Shown: positions 52,439 through 63,846 of the stretch, piece after piece
Position numbering within the stretch: position 1 is the stretch's first letter
Layout of the letters: the number at the start of each line of letters is the position of its first letter
Assembly: GCA_965112155.1 (NCBI GenBank)
Contig: OZ218098.1
Origin: Podarcis liolepis
Taxonomy: Eukaryota
Direction: 5' to 3' (one strand)
DNA: 64,000 bases
Notes under the pieces: generated by a model
Database searches by the model: none
Seen by the model: the letters and a program-made list of their open reading frames with translations, nothing else
Told to the model about the DNA's origin: nothing
Made by a program: the position numbers and the translations under genes

Positions 52439-53075
52439 GCAAGTTCTTGTCATCATCATCTCTTAATCTGGATGCATTAATGCAACCATATTGCATCACA
52501 GGGTTGCCAATAACTATGTAGCAACCCAGGTTGGATTGAGGAAAACCTCTCCTATTTACAAAGTGGAGCTGGCTTTTAGAGCAGGAAAACTGAACAGGGC
52601 AAGAAGGAAGTGCCGTGGCCTGTGGCAGCGGCTAACACAAGGATAGGGAGCCTTCAGTCCTCCCCATGTTGTTGGTCTCCAAATCCCATCAGTCCCAGCC
52701 AGCATGGCCAGTTGTCAAAGATGATGGGCATTGCAGTCTAGCAACATCTGGAGGGACATGGCTACCCATCATTGGCCTAATAATGCATCATGGCTGGCCA
52801 ATATAGCTTGCTCTGCTCTGGTCACGCTACAGTTTGCTGTTAGAGACAGTAGAGGGAGGAGGAATAAGGGGAAGAGAGGGAGCTGTCTTGGCAACGAGCA
52901 GCATTGTGGGTGCTTCAGTAGTCCCAGTGTTCCTTGCTGTAGCTCAAAGGTAGAACACCACGCAAAGGAATACAGAGAGATAAAGAAACACAGCTCACAG
53001 AGCTCTGTATGCAATTATAACTCAGTGTTAGAACATCTGTTTTGCATGCAAGCTCAATCTCCAGCATCTCCAGTC

Positions 53076-53211
53076 CAGGCTTCCTCAATCTCGGCCCTCC
53101 GGATGTTTTGAGACTACAATTCCCATCATCCCTGACCACTGGTCCTACTAGCTAGGGATCATGGGAGTTGTAGGCCAATAACATATGGAGGGCCAAGGCT
53201 GAGGAAGCCTG
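53076..53211. mobile_element. hAT MITE nested in a tRNA-SINE, perfect TSD CTCCAGTC
   Basis: TIR CAGGCTTCCTCA / TGAGGAAGCCTG; TSD at 53068-53075 and 53212-53219. Confidence 0.9.
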
Positions 53212-53558
53212 CTCCAGTCTGAAACCATGAAGAAGTGCTGCCAGTCAGTCATGTAGACAATCCTGAGTACAGTGTACCAATGGCCTGGTATTCAGTATAA
53301 AGCAGCTTCCTTTATTGCTGGGGTGGATACTGTTCCCGTGCTCCTCTTCATTCCTGAAGCCTTTGGAAAACCTGAGGCTGGAAAGGCCTCCCCAAGGAGC
53401 TCACTCCTTTTGCACAGCATCACTGAGATGAAATGGTTGGAAATTCAGAGAGTTTCTAAGCTGTTGTATATGTATGTGGAACAACAATGCACCTTCGTAG
53501 CACTCCAGTGATAGTTCGGTAATGAGATTTTCATTTTGCTTCTTTTTGCTTCTTTTAG

Positions 53559-53656
53559 TCATGCCTTTGGCAGTGTGGTGGGAGGGGATCCAGTCGTCCA
53601 TTTCAGAGCGGTGAGATCTTTCAACAGAGAAGGCCCAGAGCTTATTGAGGCAACAT
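53559..53656 (+). CDS. TYRO3: TYRO3 exon 11, juxtamembrane (HAFGSVVGGDPVVHFRAVRSFNREGPELIEAT)
   Basis: ttttag|T...ACAT|gtaggt, 98 nt. Confidence 0.93.
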
Positions 53657-55217
53657 GTAGGTAAAATGTTCTGCGTGATTCTTTACTACAGATCCCATTG
53701 ATCCGATGAGTTTCCAAGGCTCTCAGGGCAAACTGCTATTTTCTCCCCTGCTACTCCATGCAAAATTTTCTCATTATTTCTGTCAGACACTAAACGTTCC
53801 TCATGCAGGCACTAAGAAAGGAACACAGTGATCTCACTGACAGACTTTGACAAAAGACTCATCTTGCCTCGGATGTAACTTTGAAATCCACCAAGATACT
53901 ATAGTCAAAATCCCCTATCTGCAATTTGTATATTGACTTCAGCAGGCAAATCATACATTGCTGGATTGAGATGGAGGCAAGGGAATATTTTCCTTCTCTA
54001 GCCTAATCCTAATTATGGTTTAGAAACAGAATGACAATCCTTTGCATATTAACTAGGGAGTAAGCCCTATTGACCAAAATGGGCCTTACTTCCAAGTAAG
54101 TGTGGTTAGGATTGGGTTTCGTGTCTCATTGATTTCAGTGCTGCAAACCTCCAAATAAACACGCATATAATTGTGGCCCTAGATTTCATAAATTGTTTAA
54201 GTTCTCAAGATGTACTGTACTGCAATTATAAGAAGCCTCGTCTCTCATAGGTTTCCCAACATCCAAGATAAATGGGGGCAACTCTGCTTTGATTACCATG
54301 GTCTGTTGCATATAGGGCTTCAAGAACCATTAACTTTTCAGTTTTGGTAGCCATGTTGTGAAATACCTTATATGAGTAAGCTTCCTAGGTCTTCTTTTGC
54401 CACTTTTTGGAGACTGATTAATATTTCTTATTCGTACAGGCATTTAATTAATGTTACTTGTGTTTATCTTGGTTTGGTTTCTGCTGATATAGCATTTAAA
54501 GTGTATTAACTGGTTTTATTTTTTGTTAGCCACTTAGACATCCCTTAGACATGACCTAGATATGGAATTTAAACTTGAAGTGAACAAAATAGCCTTTATA
54601 ATATACCTCAAGTGGAAGTTCAGATAGTCCACAACTTCAAAGATCTAATGGTTTCCGAACAGCTGTGATTTATCATCCGCAGTTTGCTTCTCAATTGGCC
54701 GTCTGTCAAACGGACTGGTGCAAGTCTGATTCGTTTTTGCTGCTTAAACTGTTCTTATTTCCTGTTAGCTGTCTAAGAGAAATTCTCTGAAACTGTAGCA
54801 ATGGGCGGTGGTGCAAAGCAAGGAAATAATTCTGGAAGTTTGAAGCCTCTCATATTTCATAAGACTAGAAAAGGGAATTGCTGTCGCAGCAATTGTGAAC
54901 ATACAAATAGCACAGAGGGGGGAAACCAGATGTTACCTGGACTTCAGCTTTCATTATTACTGACCTGTAGTCATGTTGGCTGAGGCTGGTGGGAATTTGA
55001 GTCCAACAACATATGGAGGACCACAGGTTCCCCATCCCAGTACCAGAGAGGAACATCCTCTCTGAGTAGAAAGGCTGAGCATCTTTCAAAGTCGGTGTCT
55101 TACTCATCACCATCTGTGGGTACGATGAAACCTCGTGATTCTAGGGAATAGCAACAGTTAGGTTTACTGAGATTGTGTGCTTACATGCCCCTTTTTCTAT
55201 CTCCCTTGTTTCTCCAG

Positions 55218-55313
55218 TGGACAGTATAGGTATCAGTGATGACTTGAAGACCAAACTGAAAGATGTCCTGATCCAGGAGCAACAGTTTACTCTAGGAAGA
55301 ATGCTAGGCAAAG
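55218..55313 (+). CDS. TYRO3: TYRO3 exon 12 (LDSIGISDDLKTKLKDVLIQEQQFTLGRMLGK)
   Basis: ctccag|TG...AAAG|gtgagt, 96 nt. Confidence 0.96.
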
Positions 55314-55849
55314 GTGAGTGTGAACCAGAGCCTGGACCAGGGTTGGGGAACTCGTGGCCATCCATATATTGTTGTACTCCCAACTTTCATCAGTCCTAGC
55401 AGGCTTGACCAATGGGCCTTGGATGATGGAAGGTGTAGTCCAACAACCTCTGGAGGACCACATTTTCTGCACCCTTGCATTATTGGGATTAATCCCAATG
55501 TGGCTAGAAGCTGTCTTTTATCTGGGTCTTAACAATAATTCTGTATATCCTTTAGTCTGCCCAATAAAAGCAGTGTAGAGCTATGGTTGGCAGTTTGAGG
55601 TACCCTGGGAACTTGAGAAGTCAAATAAGGGAAGAGATTCTGCAAAGGAAAAGGTAGAGAGTACTTTGTAAAATATATGAAAAAGGAGATGAACGGGAGG
55701 TAAACAGAGAGCAGAAAGGTTGTTAGGGGGAAAGGGGAAAGTAATAAGAGCCAGGCTAAAGTTGAAGAAAGGTTTAAAGGAGATGACTGCTCTAGCTTAC
55801 TGCTTGTCCACCATGTCCTTGTCCACCATTCGGTATTTCATTGCCTGGT

Positions 55850-56106
55850 AAAGAAGCGAAGAAGAAGAGTTTGCATTTGATATCCCGCTTTATCACTACC
55901 CGAAGGAGTCTCAAAGCGGCTAACATTCTCCTTTCCCTTCCTCCCCCACAACAAACACTCTGTGAGGTGAGTGGGGCTGAGAGACTTCAGAGAAGTGTGA
56001 CTGGCCCAAGGTCACCCAGCAGCTGCATGTGGAGGAGCGGAGACGCGAACCCGGTTCACCAGATTACGAAACTACCGCTCTTAACCACTACACCACACTG
56101 GCTCTC
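55850..56106 (-). mobile_element. Squam3-like (MIR/Ther1-derived) SINE with (CTT)n tail
   Basis: 5' GAGAGCCAGTGTGGTGTAGTGGTTAAGAGC..GAACCGGGTTCGCGTCTCC, core GGGTGACCTTGGGC; near-identical to 61936-62181. Confidence 0.82.
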
Positions 56107-56207
56107 CAGTGAAGAACCAGAGGCACAATGCAGCCAAAACTGAGCTCTTCTAACTTCCATTGATTTTGGCTGACTTTGGTTGAATTATGCCCTAAGTTCC
56201 TGCTGGC

Positions 56208-56351
56208 NNNNNNNNNNNNNNNNNNNNNNNNNNNNNNNNNNNNNNNNNNNNNNNNNNNNNNNNNNNNNNNNNNNNNNNNNNNNNNNNNNNNNNNNNNNNN
56301 NNNNNNNNNNNNNNNNNNNNNNNNNNNNNNNNNNNNNNNNNNNNNNNNNNN
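56208..56351. other. Assembly gap (144 N) in intron 12
   Basis: N run; exons 12 and 13 join in frame across it. Confidence 0.99.
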
Positions 56352-56510
56352 TGTGATATTGCCCACTTACCTCTTTGAATATCATTCCAGCAGGTGTTTC
56401 ATTGGAAGAGACCCTCTACCTAACCACTCCATCCTTAATGGCCCCTTGGATTAAAAATCAGTTGCACTATGCTTAATGTTACCTTGTTCTCTTCTTGTGA
56501 TTCTTATTAG

Positions 56511-56591
56511 GGGAATTTGGGTCTGTAAGAGAGGGTCAGTTGAAGCTGCCTGATGGCTCTCTCCAGAAGGTTGCGGTGAAAATGCTCAAAG
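56511..56591 (+). CDS. TYRO3: TYRO3 exon 13, kinase P-loop and VAVK (GEFGSVREGQLKLPDGSLQKVAVKMLK)
   Basis: tattag|GG...AAAG|gtgagt, 81 nt. Confidence 0.96.
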
Positions 56592-57301
56592 GTGAGTAAT
56601 ATGTAGGGTCCCTGAAATGTTCCCAGTGCCTCATTGTCACTACACATCTTACTATGCCTGTGATCCTTGGAAGGGTCCATAGTTTAGTGGTAGAGCATGT
56701 GTTTTGCATACAAAAGGTGCCGGATTCAATTTTTATCTTATTTTAATATTTATCAAATTCATATACCTCCCTTCATCCAAGGATCACAGAGTAGATTACA
56801 ATATTAAACCGCAGAAATACATACCAGAATAACAAACAAAACAATAACAATAACCCAATCCACAGCATCTCCAGGTAAAATGCTGCCTGCCCCCAAGAAT
56901 CCTAGAAACTGTGGTTCATTTAGGGTCTCCTAACAATTCTCCATTCCCTTAACGAACTACATTTCCTAGGATTCTTTGCAGGTACCATATAAGTCATGAC
57001 TCTTAAAGTGGAATACGAATGTTTTAAATGTATCTTGTGGGTGTGGCTACAGGTTTTTTTAAAAATGGTATTCTATATAAATATTTTAGACAGTCTTGTA
57101 AACCCAGTTAGAGCTCTTTTGTCCTACTACATTATATGAATCTTGTTAAATATATATAATGTGTCTGTATGCTTCTCAGTGGAAACGTTTAATGAAGGGT
57201 ATCCAATGCTTCTAGGAGTTCTAACTTTTCTGCTTGTTTCCTTGGAAGTTACTCCCACCTAGTTCAAAAGGAAACCTCAGCATTCTTTTCTTTTATTGTA
57301 G

Positions 57302-57394
57302 CGGATATTTTCACCTCCAATGACATTGAGGAATTCCTGAGGGAAGCTGCCTGCATGAAAGAGTTTGACCATCCGCACGTTACTAAACTGATTG
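57302..57394 (+). CDS. TYRO3: TYRO3 exon 14, kinase alphaC (ADIFTSNDIEEFLREAACMKEFDHPHVTKLI)
   Basis: ttgtag|CG...ATTG|gtgagc, 93 nt. Confidence 0.96.
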
Positions 57395-57719
57395 GTGAGC
57401 TCTTTTGCATCTCGTATTTAGCACCCAAAGCGTATTTCACAGCTCCTGTGCACAACAGCTCCTGACAATGCCATCCTGGCCACTTAGCAGCAGCAAGGGC
57501 AGCGGGGCATGGGCACACTGCCCTTGCACCATCCCAGTTAGCAACAGTCATGCAAGTGGCAGAAGAGTGGCTCTGTGGCACCACCCCACCATGCTAGCCA
57601 TTCCTAGCAGTGCTAAACTGGGAGATGGCAGCAGTAACGTCATGTACTGCCCTGTTCTGATACAGTATAAATTCTCTGAGAACTTACATGCTCTCACATT
57701 CCAAATGCTCGTAACAGTA

Positions 57720-57945
57720 CAGTGGTACCTTGGGTTAAGTACTTACTTCGTTCCGGAGGTCTGTTCTTAACCTGAAACTGTTCTTAACCTGAAGCACCAC
57801 TTTAGCTAATGGGGCCTCCTGCTGCCGCCGCACCGCTGAAGCACAATTTCTGTTCTCATCCTGAAGCAAAGTTCTTAACCTGAGGTACTATTTCTGGGTT
57901 AGCGGAGTCTGTAACCTGAAGCGTATGTAACCCGAGGTACCACTG
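57720..57945 (-). mobile_element. TcMar/Tigger-like MITE, family A copy 5 (inverted, one 16-bp unit shorter)
   Basis: TIRs and TA TSD. Confidence 0.92.
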
Positions 57946-58535
57946 TACACTGCTTCTCTTCTCTGACACTCATTTCGCCAACAAATAAACATTATATATC
58001 AGACAATTACATTCACTGCACTGTAGACAGAGATGCATTAGGTGAGCAGGTTAAGAAATGGGACCTCGGAGCACACACTATCCTGTTGCGTTAAATGGGA
58101 TGTTCCTGGGTTCAAGGGAAGGAAGAAAAAGTCCATTTTTGGATTTATACTATATGGCACTGTGAAGTGCAGAGCTTTTTCTGACAACAACTTAGAGGAG
58201 AATGGTTAACATCTGGAAACACATTAATGCTTACACATTCTTGTGTAGTAAATAAAAATAGATATCACTGAACGCAGGGGCTGGATCAGACCAAAGGTTT
58301 AGACATTCAGCCCTCCAGAAAAAATAGCAATGCATTTTTATCAGATTATGAACAAAGGAGTACAATCCGGTGCCCTCCAGATGTTTTGGACTGAAACTTG
58401 CACCAGCCCCGCTTAGTAGGCCAATGGTCAGGGATGTTAGAAGCTGTAGTCCAAAACATCTGGAAGACAATAGGTTTGGGCAGGTGATCAGGGATGACTA
58501 TACTTGCTAGTTGCTCTTTTCTTCTCTCATATCAG

Positions 58536-58657
58536 GAGTCAGCTTGCGCAATCGGCCTAAAGGCCGGCTTCCAATCCCAATGGTTATCCTGCCGTTCATG
58601 AAGCATGGAGACCTTCACTCTTTTCTACTGATGTCCCGGATTGGAGAAAACCCTTTT
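58536..58657 (+). CDS. TYRO3: TYRO3 exon 15, kinase hinge ([41 protein letters not shown])
   Basis: tatcag|GA...TTT|gtaaga, 122 nt. Confidence 0.96.
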
Positions 58658-59494
58658 GTAAGATTCTCTCTCATACCAGATCTCTCACAGAAGAATTAAT
58701 TGGAAGGTCACACGTCTTTATTTGTTGAATGTACACTATGCATCTTCTTGTATTGGGGCAGACCTCTTATACTCTGCATTAAGTTCAGGCATTCTACTTA
58801 TTGTTGAAGACAAATTACAAGCTTTGTTCATTGCTCAGCATATAAACATGTAAAGCTCATCCAGGGCACCTCCAGACATGTGTGTGTGTGTGTGTGTTTG
58901 CAGTTGTGTTCTGCAACATTTATTAAATGCAATGGATGCAGTAACAGTGCATTAGTTGTGGCCTTATACTAGGCAGTCCGTACACCATTCTGCTTTATTA
59001 GTTCTGTGTTGGTTTCCCAAAGTTTTTTGCACTATTGTTGGGAACTACAGTGCAACAAAAGCAGGTTGATTAAACCACCAGAACATTTGTGATATAAGAA
59101 GTTACAGGATTTCAGCAGGAAGGTATGTGAACTGCACTGACTGGAAACGAAACAGAATGCCTGCCCTGAAACCTTTGCAGGGGCAAACGGTATTAAGTGT
59201 GGGATCCCATGCAATTAGCACAAACCCATGATGAGCACAAATAATCACGCTTGCACAATAAAAGGATGCCCAGAGGGGCATGTAGTCAGATTGGAGCTAG
59301 CCACTAAGATTGTTTAAATTATATAGTCCTGTGGAGTTCCATTTTTCCTAACCCAGTTTCTCATACAACGTTTGCAACACATTTAACTGAAACACTTCTT
59401 TGATGTGTCTAGATCCAGCCTGGCTCTTCTAATCAGAGTTTGTCATCTCTGGAGTTGATAACAAATGGGGAAATGCCTGGACATAGCATGGTGA

Positions 59495-59662
<168 letters not shown>

Positions 59663-60021
59663 TAAGTCCACAAAGTCCTTATTGGTTAACTGAAACATTT
59701 GCAGAGATTAAGAGAAACAGAAAAGGTCAGTTGGGAAAGCCCAAGGCTTCCCAGGTGTGGCTGCAGCTGACTTAAGTCCATGAAGGAAACTAGGTCATGG
59801 AGAGCCTTTGTGAACAATGAAACAATTCATTGATTGCTTAGCTCTTGCAGGAGATCCAAACAACATTGCCTGCTGCTAATGCATCCATTGCAGGAAAGTT
59901 GCAATTTCCCAACATTCGGACTAGTATTTTGAGTTGACAAGGAAAATGTGATTTGCCTCCCTTCCAACGCCACATGAGTGCTCTGAAAACGATTGGGTAG
60001 GGAACTTTTGGCTGTCTATAT

Positions 60022-60242
60022 ACGTCAAAGTACAAGTAGATAAATAGGTACCTCTCCAGCGGGAAGGTAAATGGTGTTTCCGTGTGCTGCTCTGGTTCGC
60101 CAGAAGCAGCTTAGTCATGCTAGCCACATGACCCAGAAGCTTTACGCCAACTCCCTCGGCCAATAAAGCGAGATGAGCGTCACAACCTCAGAGTCGGTCA
60201 TGACGGGACCTAATGGTCAGGGATCCCTTTACCCTTTACCTT
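60022..60242 (+). mobile_element. 5'-truncated Sauria SINE nested in a palindromic hAT MITE (about 59995-60352)
   Basis: Matches the reverse complement of 43819-44037; (CCTTTA)n tail; TATAT on both flanks; MITE halves on either side. Confidence 0.85.
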
Positions 60243-61935
60243 ATATTACTTGACTCCGGCCCACATCATCCCTGGGCACTGGCCATGCTGGCTGAGGCTG
60301 ATAGGAGTTGGAGTCCAATATCATCTGAAAGGCCACAGACTTCCCTTCCCTGCACTAATATCATGGATGCATCTTTCACACTTCTCCATGGCATGAGCCT
60401 CACACCTTCCCAACTCCCCAGCCTGAACCTGTGCCATTTTGTCAAGTTTTTCCCCAATATATTCCCTGCGGGTGTGTACTCTCCTGTTGAAGTTCTTAGA
60501 TGTGACTAACCAAAAAGACAAGCAGTGAGCTCATATAACCCATCTCTTAGACTGCCCACCATTTCAGGAAGGTGGTGACATTGACTCAGAAAGACAAGGC
60601 GAGGAGAAATGTTTCAACAAAGGAAAATGTGGGAAGGCTTGCAGGAGAGGATAAATTTTATTTTTTTAAAGAAAGATACATAAAGGAAAAAGCTATTCCC
60701 CCCCGCCTCAAATTTTATTTATTGTTTATTTTATTTAGCAAATATATATACCTCTCAATCAAAAGAAAAATCTCAAGTGGCAAACAATTTTCAAAAGTGT
60801 AACACAATATAAAATTCAAAACATGTGAAGAATTCAGAATCACGCTGTGACAAACGTTCCCTCTGCACAAGCATTTTAGTTTGTCAGATGGAAGAATCCC
60901 CCTCCCCTGAATCTTGTCCGGGGGGGGGGGTTCTCATGACCTCCCCCCCAAGACTTATTTTTTCCAGGGAGCCCTGTTGCATAAGCAGAAATCCTTGCAC
61001 AGGGCTCCACTGATAGGGCTTGTCAAGTGAATCCCATCCTTTATTTTTACTGAGACGAGGCAGATCAAAATCAAACAGAGCCATGAAAGTGTCAGAAGCA
61101 AATCTGGAAGACCATAAGGAGGATTTGTGTATGGCTGTTCCTAAGCAGAAACCCTCTTCTTCTTCCTATCCCATTCTGTGGGGATTGGGTATTATGGTAC
61201 GAATATTAGTATGCATATAGCATTTCATCTTTTTCTTTTTCTTTTTTTAAAATCTCTTTTGCAACATTGTCTGCAGAGGTGTTTAGAAAATTTAGACCAG
61301 TTAGATAAGTGGAGCAACTGGAAAAATCTATAGCAACTTTGTTACACAGACATATGCTTGGGTACCATTCTGCTATTGTCATGGGTTTTTCTCATGATAT
61401 CAGTGGCCTCTTCATGAGCTTGGCCTCTTCAGCCTTCCTCTCAGGGGATGTGTGCAGGTCGTTGAGGAGCTGCTGGGAAAGATGGGGAAGGGGCGGTCCC
61501 TGTTGGGCCCTTCAAGAGCTGATGGCTCCCCTGCTTCTTCTCACTCCTCCTTGAAGGAAGCAAGCCGAAGTGAATCACCTCATCCGTTTGAAACCAGCAT
61601 CCTCTCCCTGCCACATAGGAAGGTGCCTTCTACTGAGGCAGAACATTGGTTCATCTAGCTCTGCGTTGTCTACACTGACTGGCAATGGCTGTCCAGGCAG
61701 GAGTCTCTACCAGCCGTACCTGGAGATGCCAGGGATTGAGGCTGGGGCCTTCTGCATGCAAGGCAGCTGCTCTTCCACTATGGCCTTTAGACATAGGTAG
61801 CTCACTTCCTAAGGTAGACAACTGGGAGACTACCAGTCATGCCAGCTACTGAGCAGGTGTTAGCTGATGATGACTCAGGTTCACCAATAGTCTTAAGCAT
61901 ACTTAGCCTTGTGAATTGTAACTGTGAGACTCTCA

Positions 61936-62181
61936 AGCCAGTGTGGTGTAGTGGTTAAGAGTGGTAGTCTCGTAATCTGGTGAACCGGGTTCGCGTCTCC
62001 GCTCCTCCACATGCAGCTGCTGGGTGACCTTGGGCTAGTCACACTTCTTTGAAGTCTCTCAGCCCCACTCACCTCACAGAGCGTTTGTTGTGGGGGAGGA
62101 AGGGAAAGGGGAATGTTAGCCACTTTGAGACTCCTTTGGGTAGTGATAAAGTGGGATATCAAATCCAAATACAAACTCTTC
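61936..62181 (+). mobile_element. Squam3-like SINE
   Basis: Same family as 55850-56106; ACTCT(T)CAAGCCAG occurs at both ends (TSD overlapping the termini). Confidence 0.82.
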
Positions 62182-62284
62182 AAGCCAGGGAAGGTGGTAG
62201 TGTTTGAAGGAGAAATCTGCACTTGTTGTTTTCTTCCTGCGTATGCCAAGTTGCTTGAATTCTTTTTTCTTCTTCTTCCTTTAG

Positions 62285-62444
62285 GTTGGATGAATACATG
62301 AACGTGTGCGTTGCTGATTTTGGGCTTTCAAAGAAAATCTATAGTGGAGACTATTACCGCCAGGGCTGTGCCTCCAAGCTGCCAGTGAAGTGGCTTGCCC
62401 TGGAAAGCCTGGCGGACAATCTCTACACAACACATAGTGATGTG
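62285..62444 (+). CDS. TYRO3: TYRO3 exon 17, activation loop ([53 protein letters not shown])
   Basis: ctttag|G...GTG|gtgagc, 160 nt; DFG and TAM KWLALES motifs. Confidence 0.97.
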
Positions 62445-62721
62445 GTGAGCCTTCTTTGCTCTTCCCAGGAGCACCTGTTTCCCTACGTACAAATTCTGTT
62501 GCCGCAAAAACCACGAAGATTCTTGTGGCACCTTAAAGACGATCACATTTACCCAGGCATAAGCCGGGGTGGGGACCTCCAGCCTGCCAGGCCAAATTTG
62601 GCCTGGCACAGGTCTCTGTTTGGCCTGCCAGGCCATTTTCCCCAAGCCACACTCACTTGCCCCACATGTGATGTCAGCTGTGGGCAAGGGATATGTATAT
62701 GGAAACTGGGAGGCTCAATTG

Positions 62722-62892
62722 CACAGGCAATCCCTGCAGAAAGCAACTTGGCCATCCCTATGCTTGGCACTGGGAAACACTGAGCAAAGCACCTTGGAAG
62801 CCCTGGGCTAATATCACACAACGTTTGTGCTCAGCGTTTCCCAGTGCCAAGCATAGGGCTGGCCAAGCTACTTTCTGTGGCATTTGCCTGTG
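62722..62892. repeat. Long inverted repeat (about 65-bp arms, about 40-nt spacer)
   Basis: 62722-62786 pairs with 62828-62892, including CCCTATGCTTGGCACTGGGAAAC / GTTTCCCAGTGCCAAGCATAGGG. Confidence 0.9.
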
Positions 62893-63677
62893 ATGAGGGA
62901 GCATCACGCTTCTCAGTCCAAAGCCAATGCTGGCAATTTTGCAAAAGCGAAGTGTGGTGTGCATGTGAAAGTGCCTTGCACGTCACCAGGGCTGTGACGG
63001 AGCTCTGAAACATAAAGCAGCATGAAACAAAAGAAGCGTTTGCAGAGTTGTTACTGTTCTTTATATCATGTCATCAGGGCACACATGGTGCTTTTGACGC
63101 TAGGGAAACAACAGCGGAAAGGGAGGGAAGTGGAGGCAGGGGAAGAACACTGAGTCATGGGAACTAGACGGTGGGCCAGAGGCACAGTGTTCTGTGGAGA
63201 AGATCATTTTTTCTATGAACTGAAGAAGAACCCTGCTGGATCAGACCAAAGATCTATTTAGCCTAGCATCTCGTTTCTCACAGTGGCCAACCAGTTGCTT
63301 CTGAGAAGCCCATAAAGAATAGCCCTCTCCTGCCCATTCATCCCCAACACACACACATAATGGAAAGAACGAAAGAACGCATTTCTTAAATTTGTATGCT
63401 GCCCATTATAACTTGGTTTTCTGTGCAGCTTCCGGAGACATCACAATACGATTCACACAGTTCGAACATGGTGCGATTACTGAGAAAGATAACTGATTGT
63501 CATATTGTATGCTACCCTGAGCTCCCATGTAAGGATACAAATATCACATTTTGCTAATATAGCGTGATTGCTCTGCAAAAAGAAGACTGCTCCCTCTAGT
63601 GTAATGTTGTGGTAGTCCTCAGCCGAAGAGGGATGTTTGTGTTCATTAACAACTGGATTTTAAAAAGCAGTGAGTTA

Positions 63678-63846
63678 CCGTATTATTTTCACCATAACAC
63701 TCAATTTTTTCCTCCTAAAAAGTAAGGGGAAATGTCTGTGCGTGTTATGGAGGGAATGCCTACGGGTGGCATGCCTACGGATTTTCCTCCTCTAAAAACT
63801 ACGTATGTGTTATGGTCGGGTGCGTGTTATAGAGCGAAAAATACGG
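63678..63846. mobile_element. TcMar-Tc2-like MITE
   Basis: TA|CCGTATT...ATAACAC and GTGTTATAGAGCGAAAAATACGG|TA termini. Confidence 0.8.

Noticed and set aside
56208-56351. Missing exon hidden in the N gap
   Set aside because: Exons 12 and 13 join to give an intact LGKGEFG P-loop.
62445-62783. 113-codon read-through extension of exon 17 (ORF 62286-62783)
   Set aside because: Runs through hAT-like repeat sequence, would lack the kinase C-lobe, and has no supporting poly(A) signal.
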